From: a virus
Reading direction: 5' to 3' (one strand)
IMG/VR virus record: IMGVR_UViG_3300021964_007043
DNA length: 64,000 bases
In this document: positions 10,089 through 18,978 of the stretch, in pieces
How positions within the stretch are numbered: position 1 is the first letter of the stretch
How the letters are laid out: every line of letters begins with the position of its first letter
The notes under the pieces: generated by a model
The model's input: only the letters and a program-made list of their open reading frames with translations
What the model was told of the DNA's origin: nothing
Databases searched by the model: none
Translations under genes and position numbers: made by a program

Positions 10089-11301
10089 TACTTATTGCCC
10101 TTTACCTTGGATGCATATGTCTGCAAAAACAAATGGCGTTGCAAGAGCATGCTGTTTAGCAAAATCGCTACAAAAAGAAGACGGATCTAACTACCGCTTT
10201 GGCACAGATAGTTTAGAAAGTATTTACAACTCTCCGCATATGAAAAAAATAAGAAAAGAAATGCTTTCAAATAAAAAACCTGATGCATGCTCTTTGTGTT
10301 GGAAAAATGAAGAAGAAGCTAAAGTAAGTAGACGGACTAAAATACTTAACGATATACAAAATCCTTTACTTGATATAAAAACAGCTATGTCCTATACTGA
10401 AGAAGACGGAACATCAAAGTTTAAACCTACTTTTTTTGATTTAAGATTTGGAAATGTTTGCAATCTAAAATGTACTATGTGTCATCCGTCTAGTAGTAAC
10501 TTTTGGTATTCTGATTATGTTCAGTTAAATAACCGGATGTCATATTTTGATGAAGGCGTTGAGATTAAACTTAAAAAGCAAGGTAAAAAATATATAGATA
10601 CTACAAACTCATACAAGTGGTATGAGGATGAAGGGTTTTGGAAAGATTTAGAATCTTATTCGGCTAATATAGATACATTGTATTTTGTAGGCGGCGAACC
10701 AATGCTTATTGAAAGACATTTTAAATATTTAGAATATTTTGTAGAAAAGGGATTAAGCCATAATATTACAATACAATATGATACAAATCTAACAATGCTT
10801 TACGAAAAATACATTAATATCTGGAAAAACTTTAAAAAAGTAGAACTTACTGCAAGTATAGATAGTTTAGAAGACAGAAATAACTACATAAGATTTCCTA
10901 GCGACTGGAATAAAATTGTTAAAAATATTTCAAAAGTAAAACAAATAGAAAATATACGTGTAGCTATTTCTTATACTTGGCAAATACTAAATGCTTATAA
11001 TGTTATAGATATGCTTGACTGGGCAACTGAACAAAAAGTTAAAGTTAGTTTTAGAATACTCAGAGTACCCGAAATGTATGAAGTAAAAATACTTCCTATT
11101 AAGAATAAAAAAGAGTTAGTAAAAATGTATAGTTCAAGTGTTTATAAACAAAAACTTTTACATTTGATAAACTATTTAGAATCAAATATGGATTATGAAA
11201 ACAAAGAATCTTTAGATTTGTGTTTTGAAACTTTATCTAAACTTGATAATATCCGTAACACTGATTATAAAAAAACCTTTCCTGAACTTAAAGGACTATA
11301 A
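10081..11301 (+). CDS. N-terminal twitch-domain radical SAM protein
   Basis: YCPLPWMH...RACC, CSLC, DLRFGNVCNLKCTMC, FVGGEP. Confidence 0.9.
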   Translation: MSNTYCPLPWMHMSAKTNGVARACCLAKSLQKEDGSNYRFGTDSLESIYNSPHMKKIRKEMLSNKKPDACSLCWKNEEEAKVSRRTKILNDIQNPLLDIKTAMSYTEEDGTSKFKPTFFDLRFGNVCNLKCTMCHPSSSNFWYSDYVQLNNRMSYFDEGVEIKLKKQGKKYIDTTNSYKWYEDEGFWKDLESYSANIDTLYFVGGEPMLIERHFKYLEYFVEKGLSHNITIQYDTNLTMLYEKYINIWKNFKKVELTASIDSLEDRNNYIRFPSDWNKIVKNISKVKQIENIRVAISYTWQILNAYNVIDMLDWATEQKVKVSFRILRVPEMYEVKILPIKNKKELVKMYSSSVYKQKLLHLINYLESNMDYENKESLDLCFETLSKLDNIRNTDYKKTFPELKGL

Positions 11302-12471
11302 ATGGCTGACACATTTTGTATATTACCCTGGATGCATCTTGCTACAAATGCTGGAGGAACTCTTCGTGTTTGTTGTAATAGCACTCCTGGTAAAAACTTT
11401 ATTGCAAAATCAGATGGCAAACCTTATAAACTACAAAGAGATGACTTAGTAGAAGCATGGAACAGTGAAACATATAAAAAAATAAGAACACAAATGCTTA
11501 ACGGCGAGCGTCCTGAAATGTGTACACGGTGTTTTCGCGAGGAAGATGTAGGTATTAAAAGTTCTAGGCAAGCATGGAATGAAAAATGGAAAGAGGATAT
11601 TAAGTATACAGTAGATGCACCTTTTGACATTAAATATGTGGACTTACGTTTAGGTAACTTGTGTAATCTAAAATGTCGTATGTGCAATCCTTATTCGAGT
11701 AATCAATGGGTTAAAGAATGGCACCTAGTTGAAGAAAAGTTAAACAACGAAGAAGTAAAATGGTTGTCGAATATGGAATGGCCAGAACATCCAAAGACAT
11801 GGGAAAATCTTTTTAGCATTGCTGATACTGTTGAAGAAATCTATTTAACAGGCGGCGAGCCTACTATTATTAAAGAACAACATAAACTTCTAGACTATTT
11901 TATAGATAACGATTCTGCAAAAAATATAAAGTTAAAATACAATACAAATCTTACTAATATTCCTAGACACTTATTAGACAAATGGAAAAAGTTTAAATCT
12001 ATCCAACTAAACTGTAGTATAGATGCCATCGGCGAGTTAGATAGATATATACGATATCCAAGTGATTGGAAAACGATAGAGAAAAACTTTGAAATCATTA
12101 GAAGTTTAGATAATGCAAATATAGAAATACACTGTACAGTTCAGATGTATAATATATTAAGATTGCATGAGTTAATAGAATGGGCTAAACCATATAACCA
12201 TAGGATTTATTTTAATATTTTAAATCATCCTGAATATTTAAATATTAGATGTTTGCCTGATAGATTAAAAAAACAAGCAAAGGAAAAACTAAACTCATAT
12301 TTAGAAATTCCTAAAGTGCAAGGAATAATAGATTACATGTTTGCTGAAGATTGGTCTAGTAAGTTAAAAGATTTTGTGCATTACACTACTGAACTAGATA
12401 AAAGTAGATCTCAATCAATATTAAATATTATTCCAGAGTTTGAAGATACTATAAAAGGAGAATCAACATGA
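11302..12471 (+). CDS. N-terminal twitch-domain radical SAM protein
   Basis: FCILPWMHL...RVCC, CTRC, DLRLGNLCNLKCRMC, YLTGGEP. Confidence 0.9.
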   Translation: MADTFCILPWMHLATNAGGTLRVCCNSTPGKNFIAKSDGKPYKLQRDDLVEAWNSETYKKIRTQMLNGERPEMCTRCFREEDVGIKSSRQAWNEKWKEDIKYTVDAPFDIKYVDLRLGNLCNLKCRMCNPYSSNQWVKEWHLVEEKLNNEEVKWLSNMEWPEHPKTWENLFSIADTVEEIYLTGGEPTIIKEQHKLLDYFIDNDSAKNIKLKYNTNLTNIPRHLLDKWKKFKSIQLNCSIDAIGELDRYIRYPSDWKTIEKNFEIIRSLDNANIEIHCTVQMYNILRLHELIEWAKPYNHRIYFNILNHPEYLNIRCLPDRLKKQAKEKLNSYLEIPKVQGIIDYMFAEDWSSKLKDFVHYTTELDKSRSQSILNIIPEFEDTIKGEST

Positions 12472-14375
12472 AACTAGGTGTTGCTGTCTGGAACACAAAA
12501 AGTTTAAAAAACCTAAATAGTTTAAGTGATGACATGTTTAGAGTTACTCACTTAGCAGCTTCTCATATTACTAGCGAAATTTATAAAACAACTAATACAC
12601 GATCTGAGTTACTTGAAAGCACTAATATAAATGATATGATATCAGACGTTGTAAAGTTAAACTTAGATTATGTTGTAGTATTTGCAAGTGGCACAATAGT
12701 AAAAAGTGCACCAGAGATTGCTAGAGAAATTGTTAAGTATTGCAAATCTGTTAAAATAGATGTTGCTGGACATATTGTAGATATTGGTAGGAAAAATAAA
12801 GACATAATAGATCTTCAAAACTTATATGGCTTGCACGAACAGTTTTTTATTTTAGGACGCCATTTTTGCATGAATGCTTATCGAAGATTTAAAGTAAAAG
12901 AATCTTTCAAATACCAATCAAACAGATTTCCTGTTTGTGCAAGAAGTTCTGAAGATATACATGACGATTATACTCCTCTTTGGATTAAAAAAGGTAAAAA
13001 AAGAAAAAGAACTATAGTTAAAAAAGATTTTAATTTTTGTGTATTACATGACTTAATACAGTTTGCAGTTAACGAACAGTGTGTTATAAGGAATATTCCA
13101 AAAGAAATAAGAAATCAAAAGTTTTACTCTTATCATTTAGAAGATAGTGAAAACAGTTTCCAAGAAAAGTTAAGAGGTAATAAAGATAGTTGTCATGCTG
13201 GACAACTAGACTTTTTTGAAAACTTTTCTCTTATGAGTAAGAGACAAGTATACATTTGTAATACAGAGCACATAGATACTTTACCAACAGGAAAAGATTT
13301 AATAGTTTCAGTTGCAAGTGGACAGTTGCCCTTAGAACTAATATACGAAAATCGAAAAACCTTAAAAAAATATATTTTTGTAGATATTAATAATGAATCA
13401 GTAAACTTCTATAAACATATTATAAAAAATTGTAAAGATTATAACAGTTGGAAAGACTTAGTTGAAGATTTTTCTGACGAAGTTAAAAAAAGTAAAATTA
13501 GTGTTATAACAGATGAACATAATCTCATTCTCCAAAAAATAAAAGAAGTTGATTTATCTAAAATACAGTTTTCGTATTATAATGAGAATATTATTTACTT
13601 AAACAAAACTATTAAAAAAGAACTAACAAACAGTAAAAATCCTTATGTTTGGTTTTCTAATGTTTTTTCCTATTTGCCTGAGTATAAACAACTAAACGAT
13701 ATTGATAATCAAATATGTAATCTTTTAACAGAAATATTAAAATCAAACTATTCGACAGATTGGTTTGGATCAGGACCGCGGGGCCATATTGATAGTTTAC
13801 AAAATATACCAAAAGACGGATATAACTATTTTAGTGAAAATCCTTGGAGATTTCCTGTTGAAGTATTTCTAGAAGAAATAAAAAACTTAGAAGAACGTAA
13901 TCTGTTCACACCTCATAGGGATAGCGAAAGCCATAAAGGTTGGAGTAGTTTTGTATTACACGGAATAGGTTACAATAAAACTTTAAGCTATGATCAATAT
14001 GGGTATGCTAATGATGCTGAAACACCTTATAAATGGACAGATGAAGCTATCGAAAATGTTCCTTCTATTGTTAGGTATTTTAAAGAAAGAAAAATAAAGA
14101 AAAAGTATTTTCGTGTTAGAATAATGAAACTAGATCCTGGAGGATTTATTGGTGTTCATTGTGACAATAAAAAATCTGATGTTTGGGCAACTAATATAAG
14201 TATTAATAATCCAAAAGGGTGTGAAATGCACTTTTGGACAAAGAACTTTGCTTACGCTGGCAAAGTTCCTTGGAAAGATAATATAAGTTATAACATACGC
14301 ATAGGTGATTATCATTGTGTATTTAATAATAGTGATCAAGTAAGATATCACATGATAGTTCATGGGGAAGATTAA
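12468..14375 (+). CDS. Multidomain protein with C-terminal AspH-like Fe(II)/2OG oxygenase domain
   Basis: C-terminal RVRIMKLDPGGFIGVHCD...YHCVFN..DQVRYHMIVHG. The N-terminal and central domains are unassigned (possibly GT-A-like and methyltransferase-like). Confidence 0.65.
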   Translation: MKLGVAVWNTKSLKNLNSLSDDMFRVTHLAASHITSEIYKTTNTRSELLESTNINDMISDVVKLNLDYVVVFASGTIVKSAPEIAREIVKYCKSVKIDVAGHIVDIGRKNKDIIDLQNLYGLHEQFFILGRHFCMNAYRRFKVKESFKYQSNRFPVCARSSEDIHDDYTPLWIKKGKKRKRTIVKKDFNFCVLHDLIQFAVNEQCVIRNIPKEIRNQKFYSYHLEDSENSFQEKLRGNKDSCHAGQLDFFENFSLMSKRQVYICNTEHIDTLPTGKDLIVSVASGQLPLELIYENRKTLKKYIFVDINNESVNFYKHIIKNCKDYNSWKDLVEDFSDEVKKSKISVITDEHNLILQKIKEVDLSKIQFSYYNENIIYLNKTIKKELTNSKNPYVWFSNVFSYLPEYKQLNDIDNQICNLLTEILKSNYSTDWFGSGPRGHIDSLQNIPKDGYNYFSENPWRFPVEVFLEEIKNLEERNLFTPHRDSESHKGWSSFVLHGIGYNKTLSYDQYGYANDAETPYKWTDEAIENVPSIVRYFKERKIKKKYFRVRIMKLDPGGFIGVHCDNKKSDVWATNISINNPKGCEMHFWTKNFAYAGKVPWKDNISYNIRIGDYHCVFNNSDQVRYHMIVHGED

Positions 14376-15073
14376 TGGGTTTAGTAGGAAAAAATATTGA
14401 TTATGATTATGATATAGATTTTTTAAATGATTCTATACTAACTTTTGGTTGTAGTTTCACATCGGGACCGTTTTTGTGTGCCACTGAAAATATACCGTGT
14501 TGGCCATTACATTTATCAAATATGGTAGATTGTAATGTAATAAACTTTGCTCAAGGCGGATCTTGTTTACTATACTCTATTCAACAACTTGAATGGGTTC
14601 TGAACTCTGGTATAAAACCTAAGTTTGTCTTTTTTCAAATGACAAAATCACCTCGGGTGTCAATTATTCCTAAGCCAGAGCCACATTGCATAATAAAAAA
14701 GTTTCCTAACTATTATCAAACAGGGACAGCTGATTTACTAACTAGTAATCCTAGTACTCTTAGAGATGGCCATTTTAAAGAATACTGGAAGCATTTTATT
14801 ATAAACAACACTCCTTTGTATGAAACAAATCTTAGAGCACAAGTAAGCTATTTAAAACAGCTAATGTCAAAAGTTAATGGTTTAATATTTTCTCAGATTC
14901 CTGATGATTTTTATAAAGGGGTTGCGGAGTTTGACGTGCAAAATAGAATATTTAAAGGCAAACCCGCATATCAATCACACTGCATCGATGATGGAGGTCA
15001 TTTGTCGTCGGGTGGGTTATTAAAGCAAGCTCGATTCTTAAAAATGAAACTTGACAAAAGAATAAAGTTGTAG
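14375..15073 (+). CDS. SGNH/GDSL hydrolase-like protein
   Basis: TFGCSFT, NFAQGG and DGGHL motifs. Confidence 0.6.
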   Translation: MGLVGKNIDYDYDIDFLNDSILTFGCSFTSGPFLCATENIPCWPLHLSNMVDCNVINFAQGGSCLLYSIQQLEWVLNSGIKPKFVFFQMTKSPRVSIIPKPEPHCIIKKFPNYYQTGTADLLTSNPSTLRDGHFKEYWKHFIINNTPLYETNLRAQVSYLKQLMSKVNGLIFSQIPDDFYKGVAEFDVQNRIFKGKPAYQSHCIDDGGHLSSGGLLKQARFLKMKLDKRIKL

Positions 15074-15079
15074 TACAAT
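15051..15079 (+). promoter_or_regulatory. Sigma70-type promoter, probably leaderless
   Basis: TTGACA (15051-56), N17, TACAAT (15074-79). ATG at 15085. Confidence 0.7.
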
Positions 15080-15084
15080 ATATT

Positions 15085-16200
15085 ATGAATGAAGATTTAA
15101 AATGGTCAAACTATGACTTTACCGAAATACCTTTTGACGACATTGTTCAAGTTGGACAACGTACTCTTCTTTATAGAGATTTGTTTACTGTTAGTTGGCT
15201 ACTTGGTAGGTTTTGCAATTATCGTTGCAGCTATTGTTGGCCATACGCCCGTTCAGACAAAAAAGATCACAGACCAACAGAGCTTTGTTTACGAACGATT
15301 GATGAAATAAAAAGACAAGCTCGTGATAATGGATTTAACAGTTTTCACTTTAGTCTTAGTGGCGGCGAACCTACTTTCCATCCAGGCTACTTAGATATTT
15401 TACAATACCTTGCCGAAGACGTACCAAATACTAACTATACTAGTGTTCATATGACATCAAACTGCTCACGCCCAATGAAGTGGTTTGAGCAATATGTAGA
15501 AAGTGTAAAACCATTTCATAGAGCAAGTATTACAGCAAGTCTGCACACAGAACACTTAAATACTAGTGATAAGTTACAAGACTTTGCAGACAAACTAATA
15601 CTATGTCAGGAGCATGATGTACAGGTTACAATTAATCAAGTTATGGTTCCAGAATGGTTTGAGCGTGATTGGGAAAACGCTCTTTTCTTCCATGAGCAAG
15701 GAATCAATGTCACTCTCAAGCCTCAATCGGATCCGACTGCGTCAAGAGTGGTTGATGGATACACTGGGGATATGCTTGAGCGACTCTGGAACGGTATGCC
15801 ACAAAGAGCATACACGGAAAGTAAACGAAAATGGCAGGACCGCCCTAAGCCGAGCTTCCAAGTACCTAAAGGAATAATGGGTAAAAACGATGCTAGTGTC
15901 CCGTGGCACATGCAAGTTGAACTAAAAGACTCTAAAGGTAAAAGCTGGTATATGGACCAAGCAGAACGCTTTAATGCCTTTAATTTCAACAATTTCGAAG
16001 GCTGGCGGTGTAACGCCGGTTTTAGCGGAATAATAATACGGGAGCCTGACGGTTCGGTAAAAAGGAGTTATTCTTGCCATGATGCACCCCTTGGTAACAT
16101 CGAAACAGGGTTTACCTTGTTTAAAGAGCCAAAAACGTGTATTACAAAAAGTTGTGTAAGTTCAGCAGATTCAAAAATACCTAAAAGGAAAGTTATTTAA
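15085..16200 (+). CDS. Radical SAM protein with C-terminal twitch-like domain
   Basis: CNYRCSYC, LSGGEP, C-terminal CNAG...SC...C...CVSSAD. Confidence 0.9.
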   Translation: MNEDLKWSNYDFTEIPFDDIVQVGQRTLLYRDLFTVSWLLGRFCNYRCSYCWPYARSDKKDHRPTELCLRTIDEIKRQARDNGFNSFHFSLSGGEPTFHPGYLDILQYLAEDVPNTNYTSVHMTSNCSRPMKWFEQYVESVKPFHRASITASLHTEHLNTSDKLQDFADKLILCQEHDVQVTINQVMVPEWFERDWENALFFHEQGINVTLKPQSDPTASRVVDGYTGDMLERLWNGMPQRAYTESKRKWQDRPKPSFQVPKGIMGKNDASVPWHMQVELKDSKGKSWYMDQAERFNAFNFNNFEGWRCNAGFSGIIIREPDGSVKRSYSCHDAPLGNIETGFTLFKEPKTCITKSCVSSADSKIPKRKVI

Positions 16201-16210
16201 AGAGAAAGTA

Positions 16211-16930
16211 ATGGATTTATTAAGCAAATATGAACTAAGTTTTTTTGATAATCAAAAATGGTATAATAACTATAACAAGATTATAAACAAGCAGTTAGAT
16301 GAAGTCTTTTCAGAATACACATATACAGATTGTTTAATACTTCGCGAAGTTTTTAATATTAATGTTAACCCTACAGTAGATAAAACAAAACAGGACGAAG
16401 ATTTTGAAATACATTTTGATTATATAAAGCGTAGCATTAAAGAAAATACAAATACATACACATTTATAAAAAACTACAGTTTAGATTTATCTAAAGATAC
16501 AGAAAAAGCATTAGAATATATTGATATTGAACTAGATAAAAATAGACACCAAGATGCATTTATAAGTGATACGTTATATATTCAAAGTACAAGAACAACT
16601 AAAAACTTAGACTTGAAAGATTTCCCTACATTCGCTGAAATAGTTGACGATTTAAAAATACAAGAAGCTAAAGTAAGATTCATGGTCCAGCCTCCCGGAC
16701 ATTTAGTTCCTACACACATTGATAACTTAAATCATAAAACTAATCATAAACGATTCGGAATAGCATGTAATGATTGGGAATACGGACAGTTTTGGCATTT
16801 TGGAAATACTATATGGGCAAACTGGAAATCTGGAGACTGTATTCAATGGCACAATCTTACACCACACGGAACAGGTAATGTAGGTCATAGTGACAGATAT
16901 ACGTTACAGATTACCGGAGTTCCTTCTTAG
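16211..16930 (+). CDS. Fe(II)/2OG-dependent or cupin-fold oxygenase
   Basis: QPPGHLVPTHID and PHGTGN...RYTLQITG. Paralog of 847..1383. Confidence 0.7.
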   Translation: MDLLSKYELSFFDNQKWYNNYNKIINKQLDEVFSEYTYTDCLILREVFNINVNPTVDKTKQDEDFEIHFDYIKRSIKENTNTYTFIKNYSLDLSKDTEKALEYIDIELDKNRHQDAFISDTLYIQSTRTTKNLDLKDFPTFAEIVDDLKIQEAKVRFMVQPPGHLVPTHIDNLNHKTNHKRFGIACNDWEYGQFWHFGNTIWANWKSGDCIQWHNLTPHGTGNVGHSDRYTLQITGVPS

Positions 16931-18939
16931 TCTACTATATCGAGTTTATAGTTCATTAACTTTCTATTTTTTCCATAAACAAGACACATTGCATAATAAT
17001 ATCTATCCATTTTAACATTTAACTTTTTAAAATGTCGAATGTATGTGTTATTAAACTTTATTGTGTATTTTTTTGGTTTTGCAGAAATATAGTTTTTATC
17101 TTTTATTAACTTTTTCCAGTTATAGTTATATGTTTTTTGGAAATCTTCTACAGTGTCATATCCAACAATGTAATCCATGCTGAACTCAAAAAGTTCAGGT
17201 ATCATATCAAAATAGCCGAACTCGTCTTGTATTATTTTCGGCCATTTTTTTGATATATGTTCTTTATGTTCTGCTATCCAGCTTTGTATTACAACACTCA
17301 TATCAAACCCTATAGTATCGTTGTATCCTGTTATAGTCACTTCAGCATATTCTTTTTCTTTCATGCTAAACTTTAAAGTTTGATTAAAAATATCGTGATA
17401 TATTTCTGCAAAAAGTGGATCTTTTTCTACTAAAAGTTCAAGAAATCTGTGTATGAATGTTTTATATGAAACACCGTTTTCATTATAAAAATCGCTTAAA
17501 AACTTAAAAATACCTAGCTCAACTAATCCATTAAATATGTTTAACCAACTAAACATATTTGCCCATTCTCTTTCATCAAAACTATACGAACCTATAACCA
17601 GTTCGCTTTTGTCTTCCGTTTCACTCCATAAAGTATCAGCATATGCACTTTGATCATCGTGATCCATACCGTTGCAGGTAGCTAGATCGTAGCCGTTATA
17701 GCCTTGACCTGTTGTAATGTCTCTGCATATAACACCACTATATGCAGATGTAGTTTTAAACTGCATTTCTTTTCTGTATTTTGGATCTGCTGCTGGTGCA
17801 TTTGGAAATAAACCTAAAATAAAGTTTTCAACCTCATAGCTAACTCCCATTTCATAAAGGTAAGTTACACTATCTTTTAATGTTTTTATAGTGTCGCCTG
17901 GCAATCCTATAATAAGTTGACTTTTTACAGGAACACCTCTTTCATGTAACATCTCTGCAATCTTTTTTTGGCGTTCTGCTGGTAAGTTACTTCTTTTAAC
18001 ATTAGCAAGCACAGTTTCATCTGTGCTTTGCATACTCATCATATGTCCACTGCTAACTGTTCCTTTATAAAAAATATCAGCAATTTCTACGATCTGTTCT
18101 GTTTGATTTTTAGCAGTCTGATATAACACTCCTCTAGGATATCCGTATTCCTTTTTAGTATCGACAATAATCTTTGCTACTTCTATATCTCTTTTAAGTA
18201 TTCCAAAGTTTGCGTCAGTAATAAAATATTTCCAGATTTTATTTTGACCAGACCATTCAATCTCTTTTTGTAAAATATCTACAGGACGTTGCCTGATTTT
18301 TGTATGTATACCTCCGCCCCAGTCGCAATATGTACAGCTATAAGGACAGCCTCTAGTAGTTTCAAACTGAAGTAGTGTTTTTAATCCTAACGATGCGTTT
18401 TCTTCTACTACTTCAGACATATATTCTTTGTGGTCTAATAAAGGACTGTATTCCCAATCTCTGATCCACGGCAACGGAGGAGTTTTTATAACTTTATCCT
18501 TGCCACGGTACACTATACCTCCAACGTCTCTCCAATCTTGATTTTTTACAAATCTATCTAATAACGCACTGAATGTTGCTTCCCCTTCTATCGGAACATA
18601 TAAGTCAATAAGTTTTCCAAAGTTCTTTTTATTAGTTGTGTCAAACTCAGGACCGCCACATATTACAAAACAGTTAGGATTTCTTTTTTTAATTTCTTCT
18701 GTAAGATATGTATTAATCTTACTATTCCACATATAGTTGCTTAAACCTAAAACATCAACTTTTACGTTTGACTTTAAAAAGTTTTCAATATCTACACTGT
18801 TTTTTAAAGGAGGTAACCAGTTTATTTTTTCTGGATATTTTCCTTTATGATCATGATAACTTTTAAGACAAGCCCACACTAAAGGTAAGTACCTCATTCC
18901 ACTTAAAGGAAAGGTAGGAACACTAATAAGAACATTCAT
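16927..18939 (-). CDS. Cobalamin-binding (class B) radical SAM protein
   Basis: B12-domain motifs DVLGLSNYMWN and CGGP; ETTRGCPYSCTYCDWG; DANFG. Confidence 0.9.
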   Translation of the reverse strand: MNVLISVPTFPLSGMRYLPLVWACLKSYHDHKGKYPEKINWLPPLKNSVDIENFLKSNVKVDVLGLSNYMWNSKINTYLTEEIKKRNPNCFVICGGPEFDTTNKKNFGKLIDLYVPIEGEATFSALLDRFVKNQDWRDVGGIVYRGKDKVIKTPPLPWIRDWEYSPLLDHKEYMSEVVEENASLGLKTLLQFETTRGCPYSCTYCDWGGGIHTKIRQRPVDILQKEIEWSGQNKIWKYFITDANFGILKRDIEVAKIIVDTKKEYGYPRGVLYQTAKNQTEQIVEIADIFYKGTVSSGHMMSMQSTDETVLANVKRSNLPAERQKKIAEMLHERGVPVKSQLIIGLPGDTIKTLKDSVTYLYEMGVSYEVENFILGLFPNAPAADPKYRKEMQFKTTSAYSGVICRDITTGQGYNGYDLATCNGMDHDDQSAYADTLWSETEDKSELVIGSYSFDEREWANMFSWLNIFNGLVELGIFKFLSDFYNENGVSYKTFIHRFLELLVEKDPLFAEIYHDIFNQTLKFSMKEKEYAEVTITGYNDTIGFDMSVVIQSWIAEHKEHISKKWPKIIQDEFGYFDMIPELFEFSMDYIVGYDTVEDFQKTYNYNWKKLIKDKNYISAKPKKYTIKFNNTYIRHFKKLNVKMDRYYYAMCLVYGKNRKLMNYKLDIVD

Positions 18940-18944
18940 GTTTG

Positions 18945-18973
18945 TATTTATTGATACAAAAACTATGTAAATA
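18945..18973. promoter_or_regulatory. Divergent pair of late-promoter boxes
   Basis: ATAAATA on minus (18951-18945) and TAAATA on plus (18968-18973), each 5 nt before its ATG. Confidence 0.55.
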
Positions 18974-18978
18974 TAACT

